From Flavobacterium sp. (GTDB lineage Bacteria; Bacteroidota; Bacteroidia; Flavobacteriales; Flavobacteriaceae): a stretch of DNA of 64,000 nucleotides. A program made the translations under genes and the position numbers. This document shows, piece after piece, positions 27,798-37,311 of the stretch. Each line of letters starts with the position of its first letter. Positions within the stretch are counted from its first letter, which is position 1. Where the stretch lies: assembly GCF_040382755.1 (NCBI RefSeq), contig NZ_JBEIET010000001.1, forward strand, positions 2,396-66,395. Reading direction: 5' to 3'. The notes under the pieces were generated by a model. That model had not been told where the DNA came from. It searched no databases and was given only the letters and a program-made list of their open reading frames with translations.

Positions 27798-29510
27798 ATG
27801 CGCTATACCTTACTGTTTTTATTTGCTTCTTTATTAGTAAATGCTCAAATAAATTTGTCAACACCCTTTGAAAAAGGTAACAAAAATCAATCTACCACAT
27901 ACGAAGAATGCATTTCGTTTTACCAATTATTAGACGCCAATTCAGATAAAATTGAAATGCGAACTATGGGGCTAACAGATAGCGGAAAACCTTTGCATAT
28001 TATAGTTTTTTCTGAAAATAAAAATTTTAGTTTTATTCAGAATAAAGCGGTTTTGCTAATCAATAACGGAATTCATCCAGGCGAACCGGACGGAATTGAT
28101 GCGACTATGATGTTAATGCGAGATATTGCCAATGCAAAAATAAAAGTACCAAAAAACACGATGGTTGTTGCTATTCCAGTGTATAATATTGATGGAATGT
28201 TAAATAGAAATTCCTTTTCAAGAGCCAATCAAAACGGACCTGAAGCCTACGGATTTAGAGGAAACGGAAGAAATTACGATTTAAATAGAGATTTTATTAA
28301 ATCGGATACTCGAAATTCCAGAAGTTTTCAAGAACTTTTTCATACTGTTAATCCAGATGTTTTTTTAGACAATCACGTTTCAAATGGCGCCGATTATCAA
28401 TATACATTTACTTGCATTGCCACACAACACGAACGTTTAGGCGAGAAATTAGGCAACTTTTTCAAAAATGAAATGTATCCAGAAATGGTAAACGATATGC
28501 GAAATAAGAAAATTGACGTGATTCCCTATGTCAACATTCACGGTGCAAAACCTGATTTAGGATACGAACAATTTACCGATACGCCACGTTATGCCACAGG
28601 TTATACTACGTTATTTAATACGTTAGGATTTGTGCCTGAAACACATATGTTAAAACCATATAAAGATAGGGTGAAAACGACTTATGAATTTATGGTTACA
28701 GCAATTAATTATACCGATGCGAACTGGGAAAAAATCAAACAAGTAAGAAAAGCCAATTTAGAGGATTTTAAAGCTGGAAAGCAATATCCATTACATTGGA
28801 AAATTGATTCTACAAAAGTGTCTTATATGGATTTTAAAGGCTATGAAGGCGGATATAAACCAAGTGATATTTCAGGAAAAGACAGATTGTTTTATGATAG
28901 AAATAAACCTTTTACAAAGAAAATTCCGTTTTACGGAAATTATAAACCAACGAAATTTGTAACAATTCCAAAGTATTATGTGGTACCACAAAGCCAATGG
29001 CAAATTATTGAATTGTTGAAATTGAATAATATTGAAATGACACAAATTTCTCAAAATGAAATTTTTGAAGTAGAAATCTATACAATTGCCACTTATCAAA
29101 CTGGAAAAAATGCCTACGAAGGGCATTACGGACATTATAATACTACCGTAACAAAAAATATAGAGAAAATGGAATTTAGAGCTGGCGACTATAAAATTTC
29201 AACGAATCAATTAGGTGTAAAATATCTATTAGAAACTTTAGAACCAGAAGCGGTTGATTCGTATTTTAATTGGAATTTTTTCGATACGATTTTACAACAA
29301 AAAGAAGGGTATTCCAGTTATGTTTTTGAAGATGTAGCGAAACAAATTTTAGATGAAAATCCAACTTTAAAACAAGAATTCGAAACAAAAAAACAAACCG
29401 ACAAAGCTTTTGCAGAAAATGGCAACGACCAATTATATTGGGTATACAAACATTCGAAATACTTTGAAAAAGAGTTTATGCGTTATCCTGTTTTTAGGGT
29501 TTTGGAATAA
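27798..29510 (+). CDS. M14 family zinc carboxypeptidase, secreted
   Basis: It has a signal peptide (MRYTLLFLFASLLVNAQ). NNGIHPGEPDG is the HxxE zinc site, and the family-typical NRDF region is present. Confidence 0.82.
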   Translation: MRYTLLFLFASLLVNAQINLSTPFEKGNKNQSTTYEECISFYQLLDANSDKIEMRTMGLTDSGKPLHIIVFSENKNFSFIQNKAVLLINNGIHPGEPDGIDATMMLMRDIANAKIKVPKNTMVVAIPVYNIDGMLNRNSFSRANQNGPEAYGFRGNGRNYDLNRDFIKSDTRNSRSFQELFHTVNPDVFLDNHVSNGADYQYTFTCIATQHERLGEKLGNFFKNEMYPEMVNDMRNKKIDVIPYVNIHGAKPDLGYEQFTDTPRYATGYTTLFNTLGFVPETHMLKPYKDRVKTTYEFMVTAINYTDANWEKIKQVRKANLEDFKAGKQYPLHWKIDSTKVSYMDFKGYEGGYKPSDISGKDRLFYDRNKPFTKKIPFYGNYKPTKFVTIPKYYVVPQSQWQIIELLKLNNIEMTQISQNEIFEVEIYTIATYQTGKNAYEGHYGHYNTTVTKNIEKMEFRAGDYKISTNQLGVKYLLETLEPEAVDSYFNWNFFDTILQQKEGYSSYVFEDVAKQILDENPTLKQEFETKKQTDKAFAENGNDQLYWVYKHSKYFEKEFMRYPVFRVLE

Positions 29511-29518
29511 TTAAAAAC

Positions 29519-30118
29519 CTAAATCACCTTCTCAGATTCAAACAACAACTTAATATTCTCATAAGAATTCCCTAAAGTCGCCTCTATATCTGAAGGTTTA
29601 ATCCAAACTGCTTTAGAAATGCCTTCTTTTTCTTGCGGAGAAGTTGCTCCTGTGAAATTGGTTTGCATTTTAAACCAATATGTAATTTTCAATTTAAAAA
29701 CGCCGTTACGTTTAAATACGTGATAGGTTTTTTGTAATTTTTCTGTAATTTTTAAACCTGAAACACCGGTTTCCTCCTCTACTTCACGCATAGCGGCATT
29801 TTCCATCGTTTCTTCTTTTTCAACGCCTCCTTTGGGTAAATCCCATTTACCGTTTCTAAAAATAAACAACACATCGCCATCAGCGTTAAAAACTAAACCG
29901 CCACCCGCTTTAGCCACAGGGATTTTAGATTTCAAAGTTTTCATAATTAACTTTTCATCTGAGTGATATAGGTAGGCACTTTGTATTTTATTCAAAAATA
30001 ATTCTGAGATTACTTTTGGAATATTTACCGTTTCTAACAGATAAATTTTGAAATTTGTTTCCTTTTCAATTTTATTTGTTAAAAAAAGTGGTTTCTCGTT
30101 TACAAAAACTTTATACAT
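29519..30118 (-). CDS. NUDIX hydrolase
   Basis: The NUDIX box is GGVEKEETMENAAMREVEEETGV. I chose the ATG at 30118 (MYKVFVNEKP). Confidence 0.88.
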   Translation of the reverse strand: MYKVFVNEKPLFLTNKIEKETNFKIYLLETVNIPKVISELFLNKIQSAYLYHSDEKLIMKTLKSKIPVAKAGGGLVFNADGDVLFIFRNGKWDLPKGGVEKEETMENAAMREVEEETGVSGLKITEKLQKTYHVFKRNGVFKLKITYWFKMQTNFTGATSPQEKEGISKAVWIKPSDIEATLGNSYENIKLLFESEKVI

Positions 30119-30121
30119 TTG
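30114..30121 (+). promoter_or_regulatory. candidate -7 box TACATTTG only 4 nt upstream of the pyrE ATG
   Basis: TACATTTGcaatATG. The box overlaps the first codons of the divergent NUDIX gene. Confidence 0.45.
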
Positions 30122-30125
30122 CAAT

Positions 30126-30767
30126 ATGATATTTAATAACAACACAGCACAACAAACAGCCGAATTGCTTTTACAAATAAACGCAATTAAATTAGAAACA
30201 AAAAATCATTTTACTTGGGCTTCTGGCTGGAAAAGTCCAATTTATTGTGATAACCGCGTAATTCTTTCATTTCCAGCGGTTAGAAATTATATTAAAGATG
30301 AATTCGTAAAGCAAATTGAAGCCAAATTTGGTCGTCCAGATGTCATTGCTGGTGTAGCAACTGGTGCAATTGCTATCGGAATCTTAGTTGCAGAAGCTAT
30401 GGGATTGCCATTTGTTTATGTTCGTCCAGAAGCAAAAAAGCACGGTAGACAAAATCAGGTTGAAGGTTTTTTACAAAAAGGTCAGACCGTAATTGTAGTT
30501 GAAGATTTAATTTCTACAGGCGGAAGTAGTTTAATGGCAGTTGAAGCATTACGTAATGAAGGCGCTAATGTAAAAGGAATGGCCGCTATTTTCACTTATG
30601 GATTTCCTATTTCTGAAGAAAAAATTGCAGCTGCAAAATTAGACGTATATACATTAAGTAATTACGAAAACTTAATTGAAAAAGCCGTGGAGAAAAAATA
30701 TGTTTCGGAAGAAGAATTAGAAACGCTAAAATCTTGGAATAGTAATCCGAGTGAATGGGGGAAATAG
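30126..30767 (+). CDS. pyrE: orotate phosphoribosyltransferase
   Basis: The PRPP-binding loop is VIVVEDLISTGGSS, and the N-terminus is typical (ELLLQINAIKL...FTWASGWKSPIYCDNR). Confidence 0.93.
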   Translation: MIFNNNTAQQTAELLLQINAIKLETKNHFTWASGWKSPIYCDNRVILSFPAVRNYIKDEFVKQIEAKFGRPDVIAGVATGAIAIGILVAEAMGLPFVYVRPEAKKHGRQNQVEGFLQKGQTVIVVEDLISTGGSSLMAVEALRNEGANVKGMAAIFTYGFPISEEKIAAAKLDVYTLSNYENLIEKAVEKKYVSEEELETLKSWNSNPSEWGK

Positions 30768-30812
30768 TTTTTTAGAATATTAGATTTTTAGACAAATTAG
30801 ATAATTAGATAT

Positions 30813-30846
30813 AAAAAAAGCAAATTCAATTGAATTTGCTTTTTTA
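30813..30846. terminator. bidirectional terminator (pyrE / minus-strand operon)
   Basis: A perfect 20-bp palindrome GCAAATTCAATTGAATTTGC (30820-30839) is flanked by A- and T-runs. Confidence 0.8.
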
Positions 30847-30865
30847 GTTATAGTACTTCTTGACT

Positions 30866-31381
30866 CTATTCTTTTATCATTGAATTAAATGAATTATCAA
30901 ATATATAAAATGTATAAAAAGTTTGTTGTTTTCCAAAGTAATTATTCACCGGCATAATTATTACTTCAATAGTTGTTGAATTGTTTTTATAAATTTCTTT
31001 TGTCTGATTGGCATCCACAATAGTTGTAATATAATCAAAATCTAAAGATTTAAACTCAGTCAAATGCTTATCAAATTTCTCTTTATTTAAAACTTGAAGT
31101 TGAATTCTATTATTTTCTTTTTTTTCATTTTGGTGATAAAAGGTTATATATTGTGGAATTTGTCTATCTGTACTTTTGTTATCAAATGCAAAGCGAATAT
31201 CTCCAAATTTTTCTTCTTTTGAATAATGCTGATGCATAATTTCCCAGTTATATTCCTTTAAGAAATTAATAACTTCAGATTTGTTTTTATCCTTTAAACT
31301 AAGAATATCTACAAAAGTTATATTTTGAGAAAAAGAATTAAAAAATATGAACAAAAAAAGGATTAGAAATTTAATTTTCAT
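30866..31381 (-). CDS. hypothetical secreted protein
   Basis: 171 aa with a signal peptide (MKIKFLILFLFIFFNSFSQ). No family recognised. Confidence 0.55.
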   Translation of the reverse strand: MKIKFLILFLFIFFNSFSQNITFVDILSLKDKNKSEVINFLKEYNWEIMHQHYSKEEKFGDIRFAFDNKSTDRQIPQYITFYHQNEKKENNRIQLQVLNKEKFDKHLTEFKSLDFDYITTIVDANQTKEIYKNNSTTIEVIIMPVNNYFGKQQTFYTFYIFDNSFNSMIKE

Positions 31382-31404
31382 TATTTAGAGTAAGTTTTTA
31401 AACG

Positions 31405-32232
31405 TTATACCAACTTAATACCTTCGTTATTAATATCAATTAACTTTTGCTTGTATAAACTTCCGATGGCTTTTTTAAATGTTTTTTTACTCATTTTTAA
31501 AACCGATTTAATTTCTTCTGGATGACTGTTGTCATTCAATCGTAAAACGCCATCATTTTGTTTCAAAGCTTCTAACACTTGCTGCGCGGAGTCGTCTATG
31601 GCTTCAAATCCTTGTTTTTGGAAGGAAACGTCTATTTTTCCATCAGGACGAATGGCTTTAATGTAACCTTTTGTTTTGTATCCTGGAGAAACCGTTTCAA
31701 AAACTTCATTTTGATACGCCAATCCTCTAAATTTTCCATTGATAATTACATTAATTCCAATTTCTGTAATATGAGAAACCATTAAATCTACTTCTTGTCC
31801 CACTTCAACATCTAAAGGTTCTTTATCTAAAAACTGATTGATTTTACTTGATGCCGCTAACCTACCCGTTTGTTTATCTAAATACATTGTTACTATGTAA
31901 CGTTTGTCTTTTTCCATTGGGCGGGCTTGTTCCTTAAAAGGAGCAAACAAATCTTTTTCCATTCCCCAATTTAAAAAGGCACCAAATTTATTGATGTAAC
32001 TTACTTTTAAAACAGCAAAAGAATTTAAGGAAATAAATGGTTTTAATGTTGTAGCTACGGGACGTTCTTCGTGATCTAAGTAAACAAAAACCGTTAAGTC
32101 ATCGCCTATGGCAAAATCATTTGGAACATATTTATTTGGTAATAAAACATCGTCTTTTCCATTGGTAAGAAACAAACCTACTTTTGTTTCTCTATCTATT
32201 TTTAATGTGTGGTACACACCTATTTGTAACAT
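31405..32232 (-). CDS. S1-like RNA-binding protein (CvfB/YitL family)
   Basis: 275 aa with repeated S1-like barrels and a C-terminal winged-helix region (MSKKTFKKAIGSLYKQKLI). Confidence 0.78.
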   Translation of the reverse strand: MLQIGVYHTLKIDRETKVGLFLTNGKDDVLLPNKYVPNDFAIGDDLTVFVYLDHEERPVATTLKPFISLNSFAVLKVSYINKFGAFLNWGMEKDLFAPFKEQARPMEKDKRYIVTMYLDKQTGRLAASSKINQFLDKEPLDVEVGQEVDLMVSHITEIGINVIINGKFRGLAYQNEVFETVSPGYKTKGYIKAIRPDGKIDVSFQKQGFEAIDDSAQQVLEALKQNDGVLRLNDNSHPEEIKSVLKMSKKTFKKAIGSLYKQKLIDINNEGIKLV

Positions 32233-32233
32233 A

Positions 32234-34471
32234 TTATGGTTTTATAATTAAAAGTGATGGTGTATTGTTTAACCAAACACTTCTGGTATCAATTAGTTTT
32301 TTCCAACTATCAATACTCATAATTAATAAATCTTGTTCTTTTAAGAAATCTTTTTCTAATTTAGATGAATGAATTACTTTCACATTTTCGTGAGTAATTT
32401 TATTCTTCTCATTTACAATATCATACGTATCAAAAATTGAAATCTTAGCTTGTGAATTCTTCTTCAATAATTTTACGTAATCTAATAAAAATTGATCTTC
32501 ATTATTAAATAAAATGACTGAAATGTTTTCTGTTTTGGTAAGTTCTTTATCTACATAAATACCCAAAGGCACTTCTGTTTTGTTGATAATAGCTTGTGTT
32601 TTATCATCAAAATAATTGACTTCAAACAATTTTTCTTTTCCTGTAAAGGTGTTTAATAAATTTTCAGGATTTATGATTTTGGAAGTAATTCCTAAAACTT
32701 TTCCTAAAAGTGTTCCTTCAAAAATAGACGAACCAATATTAATCAAAACTAAATTAAATTCACCTTTATTACTCACTTCTACAATATCAGAATCGATGTC
32801 ACGTGACGCTTTAAAAAGTGTTTCAATATTTCGATTTAACTTAGTGGCTTCTTTTAATACAGGTTTAAAACTTTCGCGTTCATATTCTTCAATCTTATAC
32901 GGATTTACCTCATTTGTGGAAGAAATATACATAGCCGTAATGGATTGCTTTTCTTTTTCTAAACTAATAAAGTTATTTGCAACTTTTAACAACGGTTTTC
33001 CATCTTCTGGATTTTCAAAAGAAACCAATACTTTATATTCTAAATTATCTGATGTATTTGGAAGAATTGCTTTTCGTTTTTTAAATATAAAATCAATTAA
33101 ATTTAGCGCTGGGCCCGTCATAAAAGTTGTTGAAAGCGCCATAATAACCATCATAGCAAATATTTTTGGTGATAAAACACCTAATTCTAATCCAATATTT
33201 AAAACAATAAGTTCCATTAAACCGCGGGTATTCATTAAGGCACCTAAAGTTAAACTGTCTTTCCAATTTTGTCCAACATATTTAGCTGTTAAGGCACTAC
33301 TAATAAATTTTGCTCCAACGGCAACTAATACTATTATACCTGTTGTTTTCCATAAATACTCCGTATTTAATAAACCTATTTTGGTATTTAACCCTGTTAC
33401 TACAAAAAATAAAGGCAATAATACTACAAGAGAAACATCTTCAACCTTCTCAATAAAAATGTTTCTAAACTTCATGTTATCAGGCATAATAACACCCGCA
33501 ACAAAGGCACCAACTAAAGCGTGAATACCAATAATTTCGGTTAAATAAGAAGAAATTAATAACGTAACGAAGAAAATGGCAACTACTGGTTTTGTGATTT
33601 TTTCTGCAGAACTATACAAATTACCAATATGTCTTAAAAAAGGTCTCACTAATACCAACATTAAAAGTATGTAAGCTATCGCCATACCAATAATAAACAA
33701 CGAACTTGCAACAGAACCTGCTTTTACAATAGCAATAACTCCAGCTAATAAACACCAAGCCGTTATGTCATCTATTGCAGCACATGTTATCACTAAAGCA
33801 CCGATTTTTGTTTTCTGTAAACCTCTTTCTTGAACAATCCTGGCCAAAACTGGAAAAGCAGCAATACTCATTGCTACACCTAAAAACAAACCGAATGACA
33901 TGAATGAAACGCCTTCTGGTGCAAATTCTTTATAAAGCATTGTGGCCAAAACCAAACCTAATGCATAGGAAATAATAATACTGGTATGGCTTATTATAAA
34001 TGCTTCTTTTACTTTGGTTCGCAACACTTTTAAATCCAATTCCATTCCTACAACAAACATAAAAAAGATCAAGCCAATTTGACTTAAAAACTTTAAATTT
34101 ACAATTGATTCTTGTGGAAATAATATTGGAAATAAATCTGGAAAATAGGCTCCAAATAAGGATGGTCCCAAGGCGATACCTGCCAACATTTCGCCAATTA
34201 CTGTTGGTTGCCCTATTTTACGACATACCCAACCAAAAAATCGTGCAACAAATATAATAGTAACTATTTGAGCTAATAAGATTGCTAATGGATGAAAAAC
34301 ATTGTGTAATATGGAAGTAATAAATTCATTTACATAATCATGTTTCTCAATAATTTTATTAGAAACTTTACCAACTTCCAATGTCTTTCCTCGTAATAAA
34401 ATAGAATATATTAGTCCAGAAAAAACAACCAGAATGGTAACATAAAAAAATGAATTTTTAAATTTCTTCAT
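32234..34471 (-). CDS. cation:proton antiporter (CPA2/Kef-like) with large cytoplasmic C-terminal domain
   Basis: 745 aa with about 12 TM segments carrying Na+/H+ exchanger family motifs, then a soluble C-terminal region of about 300 aa. Confidence 0.85.
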   Translation of the reverse strand: MKKFKNSFFYVTILVVFSGLIYSILLRGKTLEVGKVSNKIIEKHDYVNEFITSILHNVFHPLAILLAQIVTIIFVARFFGWVCRKIGQPTVIGEMLAGIALGPSLFGAYFPDLFPILFPQESIVNLKFLSQIGLIFFMFVVGMELDLKVLRTKVKEAFIISHTSIIISYALGLVLATMLYKEFAPEGVSFMSFGLFLGVAMSIAAFPVLARIVQERGLQKTKIGALVITCAAIDDITAWCLLAGVIAIVKAGSVASSLFIIGMAIAYILLMLVLVRPFLRHIGNLYSSAEKITKPVVAIFFVTLLISSYLTEIIGIHALVGAFVAGVIMPDNMKFRNIFIEKVEDVSLVVLLPLFFVVTGLNTKIGLLNTEYLWKTTGIIVLVAVGAKFISSALTAKYVGQNWKDSLTLGALMNTRGLMELIVLNIGLELGVLSPKIFAMMVIMALSTTFMTGPALNLIDFIFKKRKAILPNTSDNLEYKVLVSFENPEDGKPLLKVANNFISLEKEKQSITAMYISSTNEVNPYKIEEYERESFKPVLKEATKLNRNIETLFKASRDIDSDIVEVSNKGEFNLVLINIGSSIFEGTLLGKVLGITSKIINPENLLNTFTGKEKLFEVNYFDDKTQAIINKTEVPLGIYVDKELTKTENISVILFNNEDQFLLDYVKLLKKNSQAKISIFDTYDIVNEKNKITHENVKVIHSSKLEKDFLKEQDLLIMSIDSWKKLIDTRSVWLNNTPSLLIIKP

Positions 34472-34479
34472 TTATTGGG

Positions 34480-34794
34480 TTATTGTTGATTTTCAATAGG
34501 ACCTTCCCATTGCGAAATTCCGCCTGCAAGATTGTAAACATTTTCAAAACCTAATTGCTTCATAATACCACAAGCTTGTGCGCTTCTGCCTCCAGCTAAG
34601 CAATATACGAAATATGTTTTATCTTTATCTAATTCTTCCACTTGGTAAATAAAACCTTGTCCTTTATAAATATCAATATTAATAGCTTCAGGAATAATTC
34701 CATTCGCCACTTCTTCTTCTGTTCTAACGTCTAAAATAACGGCATTTTCAGTGGTTAAAAAACTTTCCCACCACTCTTTTTGTTCTAAATTCAT
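34480..34794 (-). CDS. rhodanese-like sulfurtransferase domain protein
   Basis: 104 aa with the active-site loop YCLAGGRSAQA. Confidence 0.85.
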   Translation of the reverse strand: MNLEQKEWWESFLTTENAVILDVRTEEEVANGIIPEAINIDIYKGQGFIYQVEELDKDKTYFVYCLAGGRSAQACGIMKQLGFENVYNLAGGISQWEGPIENQQ

Positions 34795-34916
34795 ATACGT
34801 TTAATTTTCATCAAATTTACAATAAGAATTTAGATATAAAAATTTATTTTCAATCACAAACTGCTAAATTTTGCATTTTACATTTATTTTTAAAATTTAA
34901 CATAAAATTAATAACG

Positions 34917-34930
34917 TTTGTATATACAAA
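34917..34930. promoter_or_regulatory. perfect 14-bp palindrome TTTGTATATACAAA, candidate MarR operator 1
   Basis: Read directly in the rhodanese/marR divergent intergenic region. Confidence 0.6.
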
Positions 34931-34944
34931 TAAAATAATTATAT

Positions 34945-34962
34945 TACATTTGTACCTACAAA
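34945..34962. promoter_or_regulatory. TACATTTG -7 box overlapping the palindrome TTTGTAccTACAAA (34949-34962), candidate MarR operator 2
   Basis: The half-sites are the same as operator 1. The centres are 32 bp apart, and the site ends 11 nt before the marR ATG. Confidence 0.6.
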
Positions 34963-34973
34963 TAAGAATTCAA

Positions 34974-35426
34974 ATGAAAATTGAAGAAGAAATAAAAAGT
35001 ACGGTAGAATTATCTTTAGCAAAAAAGGTAATTCTGAATTTATCTTTTTCGAGAAGTATTGTTGCTGATCGTTTTTTGGAAATTCTAAAACCTTTTGATT
35101 TGTCGAGCGAGCAATATAATGTGTTACGAATTTTGAGAGGTCAGAAAGGAAAACCAGCTAACATGTCGGTTATTCAAGAACGTATGATTTCTAAAAACAG
35201 TAATACTACACGTTTGGTTGATAAATTAATTGTAAAAGAATTCGTAATTCGAAAAATTTGTCCGTCAAACAAAAGAAAAATGGAAATCACAATTACAGAA
35301 AAAGGACTTCTTATATTAGAAAAATTAGACCCAATTGTAATTGAACATGAAAATAATTTAGCAAGCAATTTAACAACAGAAGAGTTAACCCAATTAAATA
35401 ATTTATTAGAAAAATACAGAAATTAA
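34974..35426 (+). CDS. MarR family transcriptional regulator
   Basis: About 150 aa with a winged-helix region LSSEQYNVLRILRGQKGKPANMSVIQERMISKNSNTTRLVDKL. Confidence 0.88.
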   Translation: MKIEEEIKSTVELSLAKKVILNLSFSRSIVADRFLEILKPFDLSSEQYNVLRILRGQKGKPANMSVIQERMISKNSNTTRLVDKLIVKEFVIRKICPSNKRKMEITITEKGLLILEKLDPIVIEHENNLASNLTTEELTQLNNLLEKYRN

Positions 35427-35428
35427 TT

Positions 35429-36061
35429 ATGAGTACATTTATTGAAAATCAGAATTGGCGTTACGCTACCAAAAAATTTAATAGCGATAAAAAAATATCT
35501 AATTCCGATTTAGAAATTTTAAAAGAGGCTATTCAATTATCTTCTTCTTCGTATGGTTTACAACCGTATAAAGTTTTAATTATCGAAAACGAAGAAATTA
35601 GAAAACAATTACAACCGGCTTCTTGGGGACAAAGTCAAATTACAGACGCCTCTCACCTATTGGTATTTGCTAGTGAAACTAATGTGGATGCAGAATACAT
35701 TACTCGATATGCCGAAAACATGGCAAAAACGAGAAATATTCCGTTTGATAGTGTAAAAGGTTATGCTGAATTTATGATTGGAAACATTGCAAGTTTAACG
35801 CCAGAAAAACAAATTATTTGGGCTCAAAAACAAGCGTATTTAGCTTTAGGCAACTTATTAAACGCTGCCGCTGAATTAAAAATTGATGTTACGCCAATGG
35901 AAGGATTCCTACCAGAACAATATAACGAAATTTTAGGCCTTAAAGAAAAAGGATTACACGCTACGTTAGTAGCAACAATTGGTTACAGACATGAAGAAGA
36001 TGAGACGCAACATTATGCAAAAGTAAGAAAACCAATTACAGAATTATTTGAAACAATTTAA
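35429..36061 (+). CDS. nitroreductase family NAD(P)H-dependent oxidoreductase
   Basis: 210 aa. Motifs: RYATKKF, SSSYGLQPYKVLII, PMEGF. Confidence 0.85.
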   Translation: MSTFIENQNWRYATKKFNSDKKISNSDLEILKEAIQLSSSSYGLQPYKVLIIENEEIRKQLQPASWGQSQITDASHLLVFASETNVDAEYITRYAENMAKTRNIPFDSVKGYAEFMIGNIASLTPEKQIIWAQKQAYLALGNLLNAAAELKIDVTPMEGFLPEQYNEILGLKEKGLHATLVATIGYRHEEDETQHYAKVRKPITELFETI

Positions 36062-36081
36062 TAACTAAATATTTAACAAAC

Positions 36082-36651
36082 ATGAAAAATTTAAAAACAA
36101 TTGCAATTGCATTAGTAACATTGGTATCATTTACAGTTAATGCACAACAAACAAAAAAAATCAATGCTGCAAAAAGCGGAATCGTTTGGACGGGTAAAAA
36201 AGTAACAGGTTCACACACAGGAACTATCGGTTTACAAAGTGGTGCTTTAGTATTTGATGGAAAAGTATTGAAAGGTGGAAATTTCACAGTTGACATGACA
36301 ACAATTAGCACTACTGATTTAAAACCAGGTCAAGGTAAAGAAAGTTTAGACGGACATTTAAAAGCAGAAGACTTTTTTGGAGTTGAAAAACATAAAACGG
36401 CAAACTTGGTTTTCAAAACTATTAGCAATAAAGGAAAAGGTTTATATACTGTAACTGCTGATTTAACTATCAAAGGAATAACAAAACCAATTACTTTTGA
36501 TATTACAGTTAAAGGAAATACTGCTACAACTACATTAAAAGTTGACAGAACTAAATATGACATCAAATACGGTTCAGGTTCATTTTTTACTGACTTAGGA
36601 GACAAAACTATTAGTGACGAATTTGAATTAAAAGTAAACTTAGTTTGGTAA
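36082..36651 (+). CDS. YceI family periplasmic polyisoprenoid-binding protein
   Basis: 189 aa with a signal peptide. Motifs: HTGTI, SLDGHLKAEDFF, TIKGITKPITF. Confidence 0.85.
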   Translation: MKNLKTIAIALVTLVSFTVNAQQTKKINAAKSGIVWTGKKVTGSHTGTIGLQSGALVFDGKVLKGGNFTVDMTTISTTDLKPGQGKESLDGHLKAEDFFGVEKHKTANLVFKTISNKGKGLYTVTADLTIKGITKPITFDITVKGNTATTTLKVDRTKYDIKYGSGSFFTDLGDKTISDEFELKVNLVW

Positions 36652-36669
36652 TTATCAAACTATAAAAAC

Positions 36670-36705
36670 AAAAAAAGCCAGAATATTTAACTATTCTGGC
36701 TTTTT
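36670..36705. terminator. bidirectional terminator (yceI / DUF1573 gene)
   Basis: AAAAAAAGCCAGAATA-TTTAAC-TATTCTGGCTTTTT. Confidence 0.8.
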
Positions 36706-36723
36706 CATTTTAACTATGTTTTA

Positions 36724-37155
36724 TTATTTAGAAAGCGGTCCTGCCGATTTTTTTTCTAAAATACTCTTTTCTTCTTTTACTAAAACCGTTCCTTTAATTC
36801 GTAAAGCAACCATTCCGTTTTCTTTGTTAACCGCATTAGTATCAACTGTAATTGTTTTACTAATAGGCCCTGGATTCATATTGTATTGTACTTCAATAAC
36901 ACCTGTTTTTCCTGGCGCAATTGGTTCAGTTGGTTTAGTTGGCACCGTACATCCACAGCTGCTTTTCGCATCTTTAATAATCAATGGCATATCGCCTGTA
37001 TTTGTAAATTCAAAAGTTCGTTTTCCTGAATCTTCACCTTTGTATACCTCGCCATAATTAATGGTTTCTTCTTTAAATTCAATTTTTGCACCACTTTGTG
37101 CTTTAGCAGAAAAACCTGCTAACATTAAACCTAAAATAAATACTAATTTCTTCAT
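36724..37155 (-). CDS. DUF1573 domain-containing protein
   Basis: 143 aa with a signal peptide and the SSCGCTVP motif characteristic of DUF1573. Confidence 0.78.
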   Translation of the reverse strand: MKKLVFILGLMLAGFSAKAQSGAKIEFKEETINYGEVYKGEDSGKRTFEFTNTGDMPLIIKDAKSSCGCTVPTKPTEPIAPGKTGVIEVQYNMNPGPISKTITVDTNAVNKENGMVALRIKGTVLVKEEKSILEKKSAGPLSK

Positions 37156-37244
37156 TTTTATATTAATTTGAGAATTGTAAAAATATGTTATTTAAACTAA
37201 CTAACAAAAAGTAAATACATTTTTTTTATTCTGTTTTATATAAT

Positions 37245-37252
37245 TACTTTTG
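37245..37252 (+). promoter_or_regulatory. candidate -7 box TACTTTTG for valS
   Basis: Exact TAnnTTTG about 60 nt upstream of the valS ATG. Confidence 0.55.
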
Positions 37253-37311
37253 CAGATACAATTCAAAAAGTATACCAAAAGACGCAATTATTTACAATTA
37301 ACAAAATATAA

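Noticed and set aside
32616-33524. 302-aa ORF antisense to the CPA2 antiporter gene. Similar long shadow ORFs occur at 15507-15998, 40839-41234, 41949-42341, 36716-37057, 8839-9198 and 12413-12661.
   Set aside because: Each lies fully inside a confidently identified gene on the other strand. Their composition is low-complexity (S/F/L/I/K-rich), as expected from the reverse complement of AT-rich coding sequence. No motifs were recognised.
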